This document shows, one piece after another, positions 61,898-64,000 of a DNA stretch of 64,000 nucleotides; the first letter of the stretch is position 1; each line of letters starts with the position of its first letter. The notes under the pieces were generated by a model, which was given only the letters and a program-made list of their open reading frames with translations, had not been told where the DNA came from and made no database searches. The position numbers were made by a program, and so were the translations under genes. The stretch is from Ramazzottius varieornatus (taxonomy: Eukaryota > Animalia > Tardigrada). The stretch covers positions 4,144,448 through 4,208,447 of the forward strand of contig BDGG01000002.1 in NCBI GenBank assembly GCA_001949185.1, written 5' to 3'.

Positions 61898-63131
61898 TCA
61901 AACAGCCGTTCCTCTCTCGATATTCTGCTTTGTCTCCGAGGTATACTGTCCGTAGAAACGTTCGAGCTTCCTGTTGAAGTTCATGTTCTTCTCGTTGATA
62001 TAGTCGATCTCGGATTCGGCGTTGAATGCTCGTCGACGACTGTACTTGCTCTTTTTATCCGCTCTAAAAAGGAGTAAGGCATAAGGCGTGCGTTCAACTG
62101 GAAAGATATTTCTCGCTACGCGTAATGTGCGTATTGACAAACTACGTCTACTGGACAAATTAATATAATTGATTCATGGACTTCCGGTCTGATGAACTTA
62201 CTGAGATCTAACATCCGCAACAAGCTTTTCGATTGCTTCCGGGGAATCCTTGTGCTCGCCGTGGAGAATCGTGTTCGCGTTAGCGTAGAACCGTTCTCCC
62301 CTAAATGAGAGAAGCAGATTTATATATAATGCTATGGCTATCTAATTTTGAGGGATTTTAAATGCACTATAGAAACGTACAACTCTTCTTTCTGTTGTTG
62401 ATAACTCTCCATGTCAGGCTTGATCTGCTTGGTGAGGTTGTTATACTGTCTTATAGTGGAATCTTCGAAGGTGGAGAAGCCCATATCCGGATTCTTTTTT
62501 CGTTTGTGCCGCACATCCTGAGCACTGGCTTCCGCCGCAGAGACCTCCAACACCTTCAGTCTGTCGTAATCCTGTCCTCCTTCCTCAGCCGCCTGGAAAT
62601 GAAAATCACAGTTCAAAAAAAACTTCCACATAGATGCAATGCTACCCTGATAGCAGAGAAACATCCTGGGAAAGTATACGCAAAATTTCAGCGATATGAA
62701 AACGAAGATGAAACCAACCTTGCGCTTCTCTGCATCGTTCAGTTTCCATTCTAGGCGCTCCCGTTTCGCTTCCCAGTTTGTTGGTAGCTTCTTACGGTAA
62801 TCTTCCTCCACTACGTCTTTGTGGTTCAGGTTTCGTGCTTCGTTCTAAAAAGAGCAGAATGTTAGTTTAGAGTCAACACAGAGCGATGCTTTTCATGAGA
62901 GGATGACTGATGTCAACAGTTCCGAAAAGAAATAACAGTACTCGCACGCGATCCACAATATCCTACCCGTTTCATGTGCAGCTCCCGTAACTTCTTCATC
63001 CGTTCATCGTGACGTGCTTTCGATGATATAGGGGTAGTGCTGCTGGTACAAGCGGAATTATCAACAGGAGCTGCGTTTTCGGGAACATTTCCGTCGGAGG
63101 TGCCGAGCTCACTCGTTGAAGGAGCATCCAT
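61898..63131 (-). CDS. SYF2: Pre-mRNA splicing factor SYF2, multi-exon
   Basis: [13 protein letters not shown]|[100 protein letters not shown]. Confidence 0.97.
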
Positions 63132-63752
63132 CTGACAGCGAGCTGTTCCTGAGTAGGGTGCGACGGTGTGTTCTGTAGGTACAGGGGAGGTTCAATGACG
63201 CCAGAGAATGGATGAGATATCTCGAGATGACGAACGAACGAGGTTAGAACTTGGAAGCCAGGGAAGAACTCAGAAAATAGATCGCAAGTTCGCAACAGTA
63301 AACATCACTGTTATCACATCACATGACATGACTTACCGTCATATCGTACTCTATGTATTACCGCTTATGTGCGCCGATGTCAGCGGACCCAGCGGGGTCA
63401 CTGGCAACGCCCAACGAGACTCTTTTCACGAGGCCACAGTAAAAGCAATCAGGACTAATAACTTTACAGCCTCGTTTGGCAGGCCATTTAGGTAAAGAGC
63501 CATAACTTATAATTTATAATCGCGGTAACCATAAACACCACGAAGTTCTTCGAAACCGCGTACCAAAGTATGCAGAAAACCCATCAGCGGTCTGTTCGCG
63601 CCTTTGATTAGGCGTTCAGTCTGACTCAGTCAAAAATTATAGCATACAGTGTAATCCCGTTAGTTATAGAATCGGGAGCGGTGTCAAAGAACGAACAAAT
63701 TTATCAATACTAATTATTAGTACCGAAACCCGAATGGGTACGTCGAAAAATA

Positions 63753-64000
63753 CTATCGGCTCGCAGCCAAGTCTTTCAAGCGAGCCTGACGAGTCTTCTC
63801 CATCCCGACAGCTTCCTCCCACCGCTCTTTTGTCAAAGTCTTCTCGCCATGGCTGATGCAAAGGTATCTGGCGAGTTCCAGTTGGTTATGCAGCTGTTCA
63901 CCTGACAAGGATCGATCCGACTTCCGGGTCTCCACGAATTCTTCCACAATCGCCTGCACACAGGTAGAAAACGAACCTTAGCATTCAGTTTACGATGAAG
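63753..64000 (-). CDS. MCMBP: MCM-binding protein, 3' terminal exon(s); gene continues beyond the window
   Basis: AIVEEFVETRKSDRSLSGEQLHNQLELARYLCISHGEKTLTKERWEEAVGMEKTRQARL resembles the MCMBP C-terminus. Confidence 0.8.

Overview
Gene-dense eukaryotic (invertebrate animal) genomic DNA with many short, mostly GT-AG introns (about 50-350 bp). The compact architecture and near-balanced GC would fit a tardigrade such as Ramazzottius, but that is inference. Recognisable genes, in order: presenilin (5'-truncated), a secreted animal heme peroxidase with a long low-complexity N-terminus, APC1, TFIIH p62, PBDC1, TOP3B, C9orf78/TLS1, an SLC28 nucleoside transporter, POLR2M/Gdown1, a bacterial-type GT4 glycosyltransferase, DHCR24, an MFS transporter, RTF1, a small orphan ORF, tRNA-Ala(AGC), SYF2 and the 3' end of MCMBP. 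Mobile DNA: a decayed two-ORF PIF/Harbinger element, a frameshifted APE+RT LINE, a Tc4/Tc5-like DNA transposon with ~228-bp TIRs and a TCA duplication in a CTNAG site, and several MITE-like fold-backs. Most notable: (1) an intact proteobacterial-type GT4 gene that has gained three spliceosomal introns, suggesting domesticated horizontal transfer; (2) a dispersed family of ~52-bp hairpin elements found mainly inside introns; (3) degenerate 5-bp-period tracts upstream of several housekeeping genes. No CRISPR array or prokaryotic operon is present. Gene identities come from recognising motifs by eye, not from database searches.
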